In this document: one piece after another, positions 43,978 to 53,480 of the stretch
Position numbering within the stretch: the stretch's first letter is position 1
Layout of the letters: each line of letters opens with the position of its first letter
The notes under the pieces: model-generated
The model's database searches: none
Seen by the model: only the letters and a program-made list of their open reading frames with translations
Told to the model about the DNA's origin: nothing
Made by a program: the position numbers and the translations under genes
Assembly (NCBI GenBank): GCA_963798915.1
Contig: CAWCVB010000002.1
Span: 160,001-224,000 of the forward strand
Length of the DNA: 64,000 nucleotides
Source of the DNA: an uncultured Gemmatimonadales bacterium
Lineage (GTDB): Bacteria > Gemmatimonadota > Gemmatimonadetes > Gemmatimonadales > GWC2-71-9
Reading direction: 5' to 3'

Positions 43978-46218
43978 TTAGTCCAGCAGCATCCGCTGCA
44001 GCCAGCCGTCAAATCGGGGATCACTCCGCAACGGATCGAGCAGCGGGTCCACCCGGAGGTAGGCCAGCCAGCCGCGGCGCTCGGCGTACGCCTCCTCCAT
44101 CCACGCGAACGCGGCGTCCGCGTTGCCCAACCCGATATGCAGGCGGACGAAATCCACGGGCGAGACGTACTGCTCCCGCGCGATCTGCTCCAACTGGTGG
44201 AGGCGGGCTTCGGCCTCGTGACGCCTCCCACGCCGGACCGCGAGGCGGCCCAGGGTGGCAAAGGCGTGGAAGTTGGCCGTCGCCATGGCCTCGGCATCGC
44301 GCAGCACCCGCTCGGCTTCGTCGAGGTCGCCCAGTTCCATGAGGGACACGCCTAGCGCCCAGACGTTCTCGTCGTTGCCGGGATTGCGCGTCACTGCCCG
44401 CCGGAGGCGGAGCGCCGACTCCTCCCAGAACCGGGCATACTGGTACAGCCAGCCCAGCGAACCATGGATGGGCAGACTGGCGGGATCCAGCTGCTCCGCC
44501 AGGCGTCCTTCCGCCAGCGCCTCGTCTGCTCGCCCCATCGCCATCAGGAACCAGGAATGCCACTGGCGGGCCGTGGCGTAGCGCGGATTGAGCTCGATGG
44601 CCCGCCCGAAGTGGCGGGCCGCCTCATCCCACCTCCAGTCGTGGATGAATAGCACCCAGGCCAGCGACGTGTGAGCCTCGGCAAGTGACTCGTCCAGGGC
44701 GAGGGCACGCTGGGCCTCCTCGCGGGCTCGGCGCAGGCCCTTTCCCACCGGCGCGCCGCGATAGTCGACCTGCAGGGCATGGGCATCGGAGAGCCCGGTA
44801 TAGGCCAACGCGTAACCCGGATCTTCGGCGATCGCGGCCTCGAAATAGCGAATCGCTTCCCGCACCGCGGCCTGGCCTCGCTGATTCCAGGCGTGCCGCC
44901 CTTTCAGGTAGAGGTTGTAAGCCTCCACGTTCTCGGTATAGCGTCGCGCCACCGGCTCGGCGATGTCTCCGAGGAACCGAGTCCGGAGGACCGACACGAT
45001 GGTGCGCGCCAGTTCCTCCTCGAGGGCGAAGATGTCACCGGCCTTCCGGTCAAATCGCTCCGACCAGAGCAGGCGCCCCTCCGCCACGTCCATGAGCTGC
45101 ACCGTGATCCGGATGCGGTCGCCGGCACTCCGTACGGTGCCTTCGAGTACGGTCGACACCCCCAGCTGATCTCCCAGGTCGCGGGCGCTCTCGTGGGATC
45201 CCTTGAAGCGGAAGACATCACTTCGCGAGGGCACCCGTAGCTCCTCGAGCTGGGCCAGGGCGTTGATCAGCTCCTCCGTGATGCCGTCGCTCAGGTATTC
45301 CATGCCCGCATCACCGCTGGTGTTGGTGAAGGGAAGCACGGCCAGGCGCCGCTCGCCACGGTCCATGGTCACAGAGACCGACATGCGCGACGAGAGGGCG
45401 GCGGCGAATTCCGCGGCAGCACGGAACCGGGCGTCCGGATCCTTGGCAAGCGCCCGCATCACCGCCTGCTCGACCACCGCGGGCACCGTGGGGTGACTGG
45501 CATGAAGCGCGGGGACAGGGTCCGAGAGATGACGCAGCAGGACCGGGCGCGTGCCGGGGCCGGTGAAGGGCGGCCCGCCGGCCAGCATCTCATACGTCAC
45601 GCAGCCGAGGGCGTAGATGTCGGTTCGGCCATCCAGGCTGCGATCAGCCCCGATCTGTTCCGGGCTCATGTAGGACGGAGTGCCGATGGCGAGCCCGCGT
45701 TCGGTCACGTTCTCTTCGGCCGCCGCGGTGATGGCCCGGGCAATCCCGAAGTCCGCCACCACCGCCTGTCCCTCATACAGCAGGATGTTCTCTGGCTTGA
45801 TGTCGCGGTGGACCACGTTCTGCCGGTGGGCATAATCAAGCGCCAGCGCCACCGAGCGCGCGATGTCGATTGCTTCCTCCAGCGGCAGCCGGCCTTCCCG
45901 CGTCAGGCGCTGGCGCAGCGACTCACCGCGCACGAACGGCATCACGAACCAGAGAAGACCGGCCGCCTCACCGGAGTCGTGCAATGGCAGGATGGCGGGG
46001 TGGCTGAGCTGAGCCGCGATGTGGATTTCACGAAGGAAGCGCGCGAACTCACTGCCGGAGCGAAGCATCTCGGGGCGCAGGATCTTGATGGCCACGGTCC
46101 GGTCATGACGAACGTCATGCGCCCGGTAGACGGTGGCCATGCCGCCCTGGCCAATGGCGTGCTCCAGGCGATAGCGGGTGGCAAGACTGTCAGCGAGGGT
46201 AGCGAGCGCGTCGGTCAG
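43978..46218 (-). CDS. Cytoplasmic Ser/Thr kinase with TolB-N-like and TPR domains
   Basis: GQGGMATVY, VAIK, HRDIKPEN, DFG, GTPSYMSPE, LAVLPFTN, TPRs; start uncertain (CTG 46218 after GGAG). Confidence 0.9.
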   Translation of the reverse strand: MTDALATLADSLATRYRLEHAIGQGGMATVYRAHDVRHDRTVAIKILRPEMLRSGSEFARFLREIHIAAQLSHPAILPLHDSGEAAGLLWFVMPFVRGESLRQRLTREGRLPLEEAIDIARSVALALDYAHRQNVVHRDIKPENILLYEGQAVVADFGIARAITAAAEENVTERGLAIGTPSYMSPEQIGADRSLDGRTDIYALGCVTYEMLAGGPPFTGPGTRPVLLRHLSDPVPALHASHPTVPAVVEQAVMRALAKDPDARFRAAAEFAAALSSRMSVSVTMDRGERRLAVLPFTNTSGDAGMEYLSDGITEELINALAQLEELRVPSRSDVFRFKGSHESARDLGDQLGVSTVLEGTVRSAGDRIRITVQLMDVAEGRLLWSERFDRKAGDIFALEEELARTIVSVLRTRFLGDIAEPVARRYTENVEAYNLYLKGRHAWNQRGQAAVREAIRYFEAAIAEDPGYALAYTGLSDAHALQVDYRGAPVGKGLRRAREEAQRALALDESLAEAHTSLAWVLFIHDWRWDEAARHFGRAIELNPRYATARQWHSWFLMAMGRADEALAEGRLAEQLDPASLPIHGSLGWLYQYARFWEESALRLRRAVTRNPGNDENVWALGVSLMELGDLDEAERVLRDAEAMATANFHAFATLGRLAVRRGRRHEAEARLHQLEQIAREQYVSPVDFVRLHIGLGNADAAFAWMEEAYAERRGWLAYLRVDPLLDPLRSDPRFDGWLQRMLLD

Positions 46219-46294
46219 GGAGTCTCCAGGTCCAGGGCCACCGGCAGCGACCTTAACGGTACATCCCGCGCGCCGGAGCGAAAGCCGAAGGGGC

Positions 46295-46337
46295 AGAAAC
46301 GAAGGCCGGGCCCCGGCAGTATCGCCAGGGCCCGGCC
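46295..46337 (-). terminator. Intrinsic terminator after the HYR gene
   Basis: GGCCGGGCCC..GGGCCCGGCC stem followed by TTCGTTTCT on the minus strand. Confidence 0.65.
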
Positions 46338-46360
46338 CGAACTGCGCTGGGAGGACGAGG

Positions 46361-47821
46361 TCAGCGCCGCAGGGTGAACTGGGTCGTCGCGAGCACAATG
46401 CCCTTGAACGATACGGTGGTCTGCCAGCTGCCCTCGTTCCAGGGGCTGGCGGTGCCGGTCTTCAGGTTAAAGATGTATTGACCCCCATCGGTATCGTAGC
46501 GCCAAGTAGTGGACCCGGCCGAGAAGTCGTTCGCCTCGATGGCGTCCGCGCCAGGATCGGAGGTAATCTGCTTCACCACCAGGCGAAGGTCCGCCGCCAG
46601 GTCCGTCGCCAGGGTGCCGTCGGCGTAGGTCGGCGGCAGGAACTTGTGCGGAATGGTGCTGCCGCGCTTGTGGGCGCTGTAGGGCGCCTCCGTCCGGAGT
46701 GGCGGCAGGAAACCGCTGGCCCCGATGTTCAGTCCCACGAACACATCGAAGGAGCTGATTCCACTCGTGTTGCCGACGGCGTCGGTGGCGGTGCAGTCCA
46801 CCTCGGTGGTGCTGCCGATGGCCAGCACGGTGCCCGTCACATAGTCACAGTTGAAGGTGGATAGTTCGGAGACGCCACCCACATCGGCCACGGTGATGCC
46901 CAGGGCATCGACATCCAGCACGGCGCCGTTGATGTTGGCGGCGATGAGATTGACCGTGCCCGACGGGAACGAGGTAAAGATCGGCGGGGTAGTGTCCACC
47001 ACGGTAACCGTGAAGTCAGCCGTGACCGTCTCGCCGTCGGAGTCGGTCACGGAGCAGTGCACCGTGGTGGGACCGAGCGGAAAGACGGTGCCGCTGGCCG
47101 GGGCGCAGGAGACCGAGCTGGTCAGGTCGCCGTCCTCGAGGTCATTCGCCGTCACCAGTGCGGAGTAGTCCACCGTGGCGCCGGCGCTGCTGGTGGCCTC
47201 GACGGAGTAGTCGTTCGGGACGATCAGCGTGGGCGCGGTGTTCGACGACTCACAGGGAGCAAAGGCAACATAGATCGTCACGTCGGCACCGCTGACTGTG
47301 AGCTTTCCCCCCTGACCTGTCGTACTCAGGTTGTAGGGCGCGATCGAAAAAGTGGAGCTTCCGGATCCGACCGTGCTCGCGTTGACGACCGTGACGTTCA
47401 CTTGGTAAGTGTCGGAGCCCGGCTGTGCTGGAGCCCTTGCCGCCACATTGACCGTAACCGGTAGCGAACCTGTCCAGCTGGACCCATCGTACTCCCAATG
47501 AGTTTTTACCTGAAAACTCGCTGGGTTCACCTGCGCACCAGTAACTGTGTACGTGATTGTGACTTGCCGTCCCGCACTGCACGTCTGCGGCTGCAGGCTC
47601 AGCGGTGTCGATACCGAACCACCGAGGTTCGCCGCCGCTGCCGCCGTCGAGAAGCTGGGCTTGATATGCGGCGCGCTGACCGGCGCCGCCGCACCTTCCG
47701 TAATCACCAATTCGCCCGAGAGCATGTCGGGACTGTTCGTGCTGTCGGCGCACGCCGACAGCATGGCGAGCGTCGCCAGCGAGAGCAACACCGTGGACCT
47801 GGACATGACTGGACTCTCCAC
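46361..47821 (-). CDS. Lipoprotein with HYR domains and C-terminal PxKF-like domain
   Basis: Lipobox LSAC; EATSSAGATV, SGTVFPLG.TTV.C..TD, DTTPP; GSTIPHKF..QYIFNLKT; start may be 47806. Confidence 0.85.
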   Translation of the reverse strand: MESPVMSRSTVLLSLATLAMLSACADSTNSPDMLSGELVITEGAAAPVSAPHIKPSFSTAAAAANLGGSVSTPLSLQPQTCSAGRQVTITYTVTGAQVNPASFQVKTHWEYDGSSWTGSLPVTVNVAARAPAQPGSDTYQVNVTVVNASTVGSGSSTFSIAPYNLSTTGQGGKLTVSGADVTIYVAFAPCESSNTAPTLIVPNDYSVEATSSAGATVDYSALVTANDLEDGDLTSSVSCAPASGTVFPLGPTTVHCSVTDSDGETVTADFTVTVVDTTPPIFTSFPSGTVNLIAANINGAVLDVDALGITVADVGGVSELSTFNCDYVTGTVLAIGSTTEVDCTATDAVGNTSGISSFDVFVGLNIGASGFLPPLRTEAPYSAHKRGSTIPHKFLPPTYADGTLATDLAADLRLVVKQITSDPGADAIEANDFSAGSTTWRYDTDGGQYIFNLKTGTASPWNEGSWQTTVSFKGIVLATTQFTLRR

Positions 47822-48109
47822 CTTCAGATGGCCGGCAATGCGCGTACCGGCGCGCCCCCGGCATTGACGGGGTCACGTGAATGCTGATGTCGGTCGCCAC
47901 GCATGTCGCAGCGCGGCCCGGGGCTTACTGGACGGGAAGTCGGTCGTTCGTGGTACGGCGTGAGGCTGTCATGAAGTGCATGCGATGTGCCAACGAGGGG
48001 CGTGCGCCTGGCGGATATGGGCGGAGCGAGTCAAGCAACGGCACCGGGCCATCTTGCGCCGTGGCCGCGGAGGTCACTGGGCCCGCCGCCCGAGGCGGTG
48101 GTGCTGTGG

Positions 48110-49801
48110 TCAAGGCGCCACGACTCGCCCGTTCGTTGGGGCGGCGCCACGGCACCGGCGCCCCGGGTGGTCAGCCCGGCGTGAGGTCAGCCGTCGGAGC
48201 AAGGTCGGTGGCTTTCGCGCCTTCGAGGCCTGCTCGTACGCATAGGCCAGACTGATGAGCTGTCCCTCCGTCCATGCCGCTCCGATAAAGCTGAGGCCCA
48301 CGGGAAGCCCGAAGACCTGACCCATCGGGACGGTGATGCTGGGATAGCCGGAGACCGCCGCCGGGGTCGATGAGCTGCCGGCAAAATGATCGCCATTGAC
48401 CAGGTCGGTGGTCCAGGGCGGACCGCCAGTCGGTGCGACCAGGGCATCGAGCCGGTGCTTCGCGATGACGGCATCGAGTCCTTCGGTGCGGGCCAGCCGC
48501 CGGCAGTGGGCCAGCGCCTCGATATACTTGTCGTCCGTCAGGGATCCCGCCGCCTCCGCCTGCGCGAACGTCTCCTGGCCAAAGTAGGGCATCTCCTGAT
48601 CGGCATGCGCCACGTTGAAGGCGATGAGGTCGGCGAGTGACCGGGGAGCGCCGGCGCCCAGACCGGCCAGGTACCGGTTGATGCCGGCCTTGAACTCATA
48701 GAGCAGGACGGTGAATTCCGCGCTGCCGTAGTCGTCGGCATGGGGAATGTCAGCGGGGTCCACCACTTCCGCGCCGCTGGACTTGAGCAGCGCGATCGCC
48801 TCCTCAGCCAGCTTGTCCGTCTCGGCGCTGTAGCCAAAGAATCCCTCGCGGGCCACGCCGATCCGGGCGCCCTTGAGCGCATCGGCGTTGAGGAAGCGGG
48901 TGTAGTCGGCTTCGATATGGCCGGCCGAGCGGCTGGTGGCGGCGTCGGCCGCATCCGCGCCGGCCATGACGCCGAGCAGGATCGCCGCATCCGTCACGCT
49001 GCGGCACATGGGACCGGCCGTGTCCTGCGTCTCGGAGATGGGGATGATGCCGCTTCGTGAGACCAGCCCGACGGTCGGCTTGATGCCGACCAGTGCATTG
49101 TGGCTGGAGGGGCAGACGATGGATCCATCCGTCTCCGTACCGATGCCGATGGCACTCAGGTTGGCGGCGACAGCGACGCCAGTACCGGAACTGGAACCAC
49201 AGGGGTTGCGGTCGAGCGCGTAGGGACTCCGGGTCTGTCCGCCGCGCCCGCTCCAGCCGCTGGTGGAATGCGAGGAGCGGAAGTTGGCCCACTCGGAGAG
49301 GTTGGTCTTCCCCAGGATGATGGCGCCGGCCGCACGGAGGCGGCGAACGATGAATGCGTCGGCTGGTGGGACGGCGCCTACCAGTGCGAGCGAGCCCGCC
49401 GTCGTCTGCATCCGGTCCCGGGTGGCGATGTTGTCCTTGATCACGATGGGAATCCCATGCAACGGGCCGCGCACCTTGCCGGCTTTGCGTGCTGCATCAG
49501 CCGCGCGGGCCAGCGCTTCGGCCTCGGGATTGATTTCGATGACCGACCGGAGCGCCGGCCCCTTCCGGTCGAGCGACGCGATGCGATCCAGATAGAACCG
49601 GCAGATTTGCAGCGAGGTGTAGCGGCCGCTTGCCATGGCCGCCTGAAATTGGGGAACAGACCACTCCAGGACGGGCAGGGCGGGCAAGGCGGGCGGGGCG
49701 GGCAGGACACGATGAAGGGGCCCCATGACGAGACCCGTGGCGACGATGGAGGCGCCGGTTTCGACAAACTGGCGTCGGGAGAAGTCGTGGTTGCGGGTCA
49801 T
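48110..49801 (-). CDS. Amidase-signature family amidase with Tat signal
   Basis: SRRQFV twin-arginine; IKDNI, GKTNLSEW, GSSSG, GTETDGSI; true stop probably 48171 if one base is missing near 48201. Confidence 0.93.
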   Translation of the reverse strand: MTRNHDFSRRQFVETGASIVATGLVMGPLHRVLPAPPALPALPVLEWSVPQFQAAMASGRYTSLQICRFYLDRIASLDRKGPALRSVIEINPEAEALARAADAARKAGKVRGPLHGIPIVIKDNIATRDRMQTTAGSLALVGAVPPADAFIVRRLRAAGAIILGKTNLSEWANFRSSHSTSGWSGRGGQTRSPYALDRNPCGSSSGTGVAVAANLSAIGIGTETDGSIVCPSSHNALVGIKPTVGLVSRSGIIPISETQDTAGPMCRSVTDAAILLGVMAGADAADAATSRSAGHIEADYTRFLNADALKGARIGVAREGFFGYSAETDKLAEEAIALLKSSGAEVVDPADIPHADDYGSAEFTVLLYEFKAGINRYLAGLGAGAPRSLADLIAFNVAHADQEMPYFGQETFAQAEAAGSLTDDKYIEALAHCRRLARTEGLDAVIAKHRLDALVAPTGGPPWTTDLVNGDHFAGSSSTPAAVSGYPSITVPMGQVFGLPVGLSFIGAAWTEGQLISLAYAYEQASKARKPPTLLRRLTSRRADHPGRRCRGAAPTNGRVVAP

Positions 49802-49868
49802 GCTACCTCCATGCTGGCGGGGAGCCTGCGTGATGTTCTGCCGCCCTCTCGACTCGCCGGACCCATCG

Positions 49869-50731
49869 TCACCCGGCCGGCAGCGGCGCGCGTGCCGCAA
49901 TCAGGGTGACGTTGTCGGTGCCGCTCCGCGCTGAAGCGCCAGCTCGAGCAGCGACCGGCAGAGCTGCTCGGACGAGGTCATCTGCTCGATCTGCTGCTTG
50001 ATCTCGGCGTTACTCACATGCTTGGTGAGGCCATCGGTGGCCAGCAGGATGACGCAGCCGCGGGGAATCTCGATCCGGCTCACCACCGGCACCGCCTCGT
50101 CCCCGCCGATGGCGCTCGCGAGGATATGGCTGAAGGGTGACTTCTCGAGACGGTCGGCCGGCATGACGCCCTGGTCCACCAGCCCCTGGGCAATGGTCTG
50201 ATCGCGGGTCATCTGGGTGAGCTCGCCATCCCAGTACCGGTAGCAGCGGCTGTCGCCCACCTGGGTGACATACATCCACGGGAAGACCGCGACGGCGAGC
50301 GTCAACGTCGTGGCCATTCTGGCACCGGGGTCCCCCGCCTGCTTCTCCCGCACCGCCGCATGCGCCTCCAGCGCCGCAGCTGTCAACGCCTCGTAGAACT
50401 CCGTGTCGGACGCGGCGCCGGCGGCGTGGTAGGATCGCAGCGACGAAGCGACATAATGCGTGACGGTAGCCAGGGCGAGCCGGCTGGCCTCGCCGCCTCC
50501 TGCGCCGCTGCCAACACCATCAGCCACCAGCATGTAAGTGGCGATGCGTTCGCCGCGGAGCGGGAGGGCATCTGCATCCGGCAGGCTGGTGCCGTGCACC
50601 ACCACCTGGGGATGGACGGTGCACACCATGAAGTGGTCGTGGTTGGCCTTGCGGACCAGACCGACGTGCGTAATGCCGAACAGGTCCAGCTCCACATCCT
50701 TCGGCCGAACCCACTGCAACTCAGATGACAT
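49869..50731 (-). CDS. PP2C/PPM family Ser/Thr phosphatase (frameshift near 49925)
   Basis: HVGLVR..N.D, VADGVG, VGDSRCY, LATDGL; the conserved GTDNVT lies in another frame ending at TGA 49869; GGAGG RBS. Confidence 0.88.
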
Positions 50732-53480
50732 GGTCGCATCCTCCAGTCCGTACGGCATCCTGCGCTGACTCAGTCCTTCGTTCGGGGCCCTGCCGGGAAC
50801 GATGTGCTCCCTGAGGACGAGGTGCATCGGCGTCTCCCCTCGCCGCTGCGCGGATGCGCCGCATCAGCAGGAAGCCCTTGCCGTCGGGGGTGAGGGCGTA
50901 CTGGCGGGTGTCATCGTTCTGCCAGTACTCGTCGGGCGCCCCCCGCCAGACAACCGATCGGCCACTGGCCGGGAAGGAGCCGCCGGTGTCCATCGTGGCG
51001 CCGATGATCGCTCCCTGGCCGGCCTGACGATAGTAGAGCGTCCGGCCGTCACGGCTCCAGAGCGGTTCCTGGCCCCCGCCGTTGGAGACCTGCACCCGGC
51101 CATCACCGACTTTCGGGAACGGCCGCACGATGATCTCCTTGGCTGAGCCGATCTTCTCGGCATAGGCCACCCAGTGTCCATCCGGTGACACCGCCGGCGA
51201 CGTTTCCTCGGCCTCGGTGGTCGCGATCGGGATCGTCGTGGTGTCGCCGCCGGTGCGGCGGGCGTAGATGTCACCGTTGCCGATGGCCACGTCGTCGGTG
51301 CGGTACAGCAGCCACTGTCCGTCGGGACTGAAGCTGATCTCGTAGACGCCGCGCGGCTCGTCGACGAGGATCGACGGGCTGCCGGAGCCATCGGCGGCCT
51401 GCTGCCAGACGGCGGCATGGCTGGCCGAGTCGACCGAGACCCAGGCGAGCCGCCGGCCATCGGGCGACCACACAGCGCGGGAACTCTGCGTCCCCATCAT
51501 GTTGAACAGGGTCGCCGGTCCGTCGGGATACGGCTTGGTGTACAGGCCGTAGGAGATGCCGTCACCCTCGACCTGGGAGAGGAGCAGGCGATGTCCATCC
51601 GGGGAAAGTTCGATTCGGCTGTTGTTGGCGAAGGCGCCGGTCCAGGCGGAATCCACCACGCGGGTGCTCCCATCGAACCCGGCCGCCACGAGTTGCGTCC
51701 TGCTGGTGAAGGTCTCCCCACCGCCGACTCCCGTGACCATCACCCCGTCGACGCCGATGCTCACTTCCGGGCCGAGGGCCGTCACCGCGATGCCGCGGGC
51801 GACGAGCGTGCCTTCGCCGATCGTCCCCGCGGTCGCGTCGAAGCTGGCGAGGAAGAGGGTGCCATCGGGGAGGAGGTTGAGGATGCGATTGCCTCGCAGC
51901 GGCCACGCGCCAGCCGAGCCGGGGATGATCCGGCGTCTGGAGAGCGAGTCGAGCCGGACCAGGGAGATGACCGGGGTGGCACAGCCGCCGATGTCACAGG
52001 CCGAGATGACGACGGCGTTCTGGCCCGGCACGGGAGCGACGGAGGCGGCCCAGCCGAGTAGCTGGTCCGCCGTGGCGACGCGGCGCACCACCCCGCCGGT
52101 GTCCGGCACCGTGTAGAGGATGCTGCTCGATCCGCCCAGAAAGACGATGGTGCCGTTCTCGAGCCAGGCGCTCCGGATGGAGACTGGACCGAGTACGGCC
52201 GAATCCGAGAGGAGCCTGGAGGCGCCACCGGCGAGGGGGATCCGGCGCAGCTGGTGGCCGACCGTGAATGCGACGGAGCGTCCATCGGGCGAGATCCCCG
52301 GGCCCGACCCTCCCTGCGTGCCGGGAATCGGGCGTGCCTCGGCGTCACCGCGCGCCTTGAGCCAGAGCTGCCGGGTGCCGCCCACGGTGTCGCTGTAGAC
52401 GATCAGCTCGCCGTCGGCGCTCACGGCCAGCTGGTTCGCGACGAACCCGACGTCCGATTCCGACGGGGTGAGGTGGATCTGGTAGGTGAGCGGGCTGCCA
52501 CCGCCGGCATCGCCAGCGCCCTTGCGGGTCCAGCCCACGATCGCGACCACCGCCAGCACGGCGGCGAGGACGCCGAGCGCCAGGAGGGCACGGCGGTCGG
52601 TGCGGACGGCGCGCCGGGTACCGGTGGTGCGTCGGGTCACCGTGCCGGTTCCCTCGAGCGCCGCCGCGAACTCGGCGGCGGTGGCGAAGCGGTCGGCGGG
52701 CAGCTTGGCGAGGGCCGTGAGCACCGCATCCTCGACCGTCTCCGGGACCGTGTCACGGATGTTCGACGGGGGCGCCGGCTTCTCGGTCATCACCTTGGCG
52801 ACGATCGCCTGCGCGGAGGAGGCATTGAACGGGGGGTCGCCGGTGAGCATCTCGTAGAGCACGCATCCGAGGGCATAGATGTCGGTCCGCGCATCGAGGT
52901 TGCGCTCGCCCATGGCCTGCTCGGGGCTCATGTAGTGCGGCGTGCCGAGTGACATGCCGGTCTCGGTCATCCGGGTGCCGCCGTCGGAGCGGCTGGCCGC
53001 GAGGGCGATCCCGAAGTCGGCGACCAGGGCACGGCCGTCGTGCAGCAGGATGTTCTCGGGCTTGATGTCGCGATGGATCACGCCGTGGCGGTGGGCGTAG
53101 TCGAGCGCGCCGGCGATCTCGGTGGCGATCCGCACCGCGTCGCTGATCGGCAGCTGCGTCTCGCGGTCGAGGCGGTCGCGGAGCGATTCGCCCTCGATGA
53201 ACGGCATCACGTAGAACACGGTACCGTTGACGGTGCCGGAATCATGCAGCGGCAGGATGTGCGGGTGCTGCAGGTTGGCCGTGGTCTTGATCTCCGAGAG
53301 GAACCGCTCGGCACCGATCACGGCGGCGAGTTCCGGCCGCAGCACCTTGATGGCAACCTGGCGATCGTGCTTGAGGTCTTCGGCGAGGTACACCGTGGCC
53401 ATCCCGCCCGCGCCGAGCTCGCGCTCGATGGTGTAGCGGTCGGCAAGGGCGGCGGTGAGGCGCGCGAATGGGGCGGTCAT
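50721..53480 (-). CDS. Receptor-like Ser/Thr kinase with TM and TolB/PD40 propeller (array gene K1)
   Basis: GAGGMATVY, VAIK, HRDIKPEN, DFG, GTPHYMSPE; TM helix; repeated SPDG blades. Confidence 0.94.
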   Translation of the reverse strand: MTAPFARLTAALADRYTIERELGAGGMATVYLAEDLKHDRQVAIKVLRPELAAVIGAERFLSEIKTTANLQHPHILPLHDSGTVNGTVFYVMPFIEGESLRDRLDRETQLPISDAVRIATEIAGALDYAHRHGVIHRDIKPENILLHDGRALVADFGIALAASRSDGGTRMTETGMSLGTPHYMSPEQAMGERNLDARTDIYALGCVLYEMLTGDPPFNASSAQAIVAKVMTEKPAPPSNIRDTVPETVEDAVLTALAKLPADRFATAAEFAAALEGTGTVTRRTTGTRRAVRTDRRALLALGVLAAVLAVVAIVGWTRKGAGDAGGGSPLTYQIHLTPSESDVGFVANQLAVSADGELIVYSDTVGGTRQLWLKARGDAEARPIPGTQGGSGPGISPDGRSVAFTVGHQLRRIPLAGGASRLLSDSAVLGPVSIRSAWLENGTIVFLGGSSSILYTVPDTGGVVRRVATADQLLGWAASVAPVPGQNAVVISACDIGGCATPVISLVRLDSLSRRRIIPGSAGAWPLRGNRILNLLPDGTLFLASFDATAGTIGEGTLVARGIAVTALGPEVSIGVDGVMVTGVGGGETFTSRTQLVAAGFDGSTRVVDSAWTGAFANNSRIELSPDGHRLLLSQVEGDGISYGLYTKPYPDGPATLFNMMGTQSSRAVWSPDGRRLAWVSVDSASHAAVWQQAADGSGSPSILVDEPRGVYEISFSPDGQWLLYRTDDVAIGNGDIYARRTGGDTTTIPIATTEAEETSPAVSPDGHWVAYAEKIGSAKEIIVRPFPKVGDGRVQVSNGGGQEPLWSRDGRTLYYRQAGQGAIIGATMDTGGSFPASGRSVVWRGAPDEYWQNDDTRQYALTPDGKGFLLMRRIRAAARGDADAPRPQGAHRSRQGPERRTESAQDAVRTGGCDHVI

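Noticed and set aside
46219..46398. N-terminal extension of the kinase in the ORF track
   Set aside because: Overlaps the HYR gene end and its terminator; the true start is probably downstream
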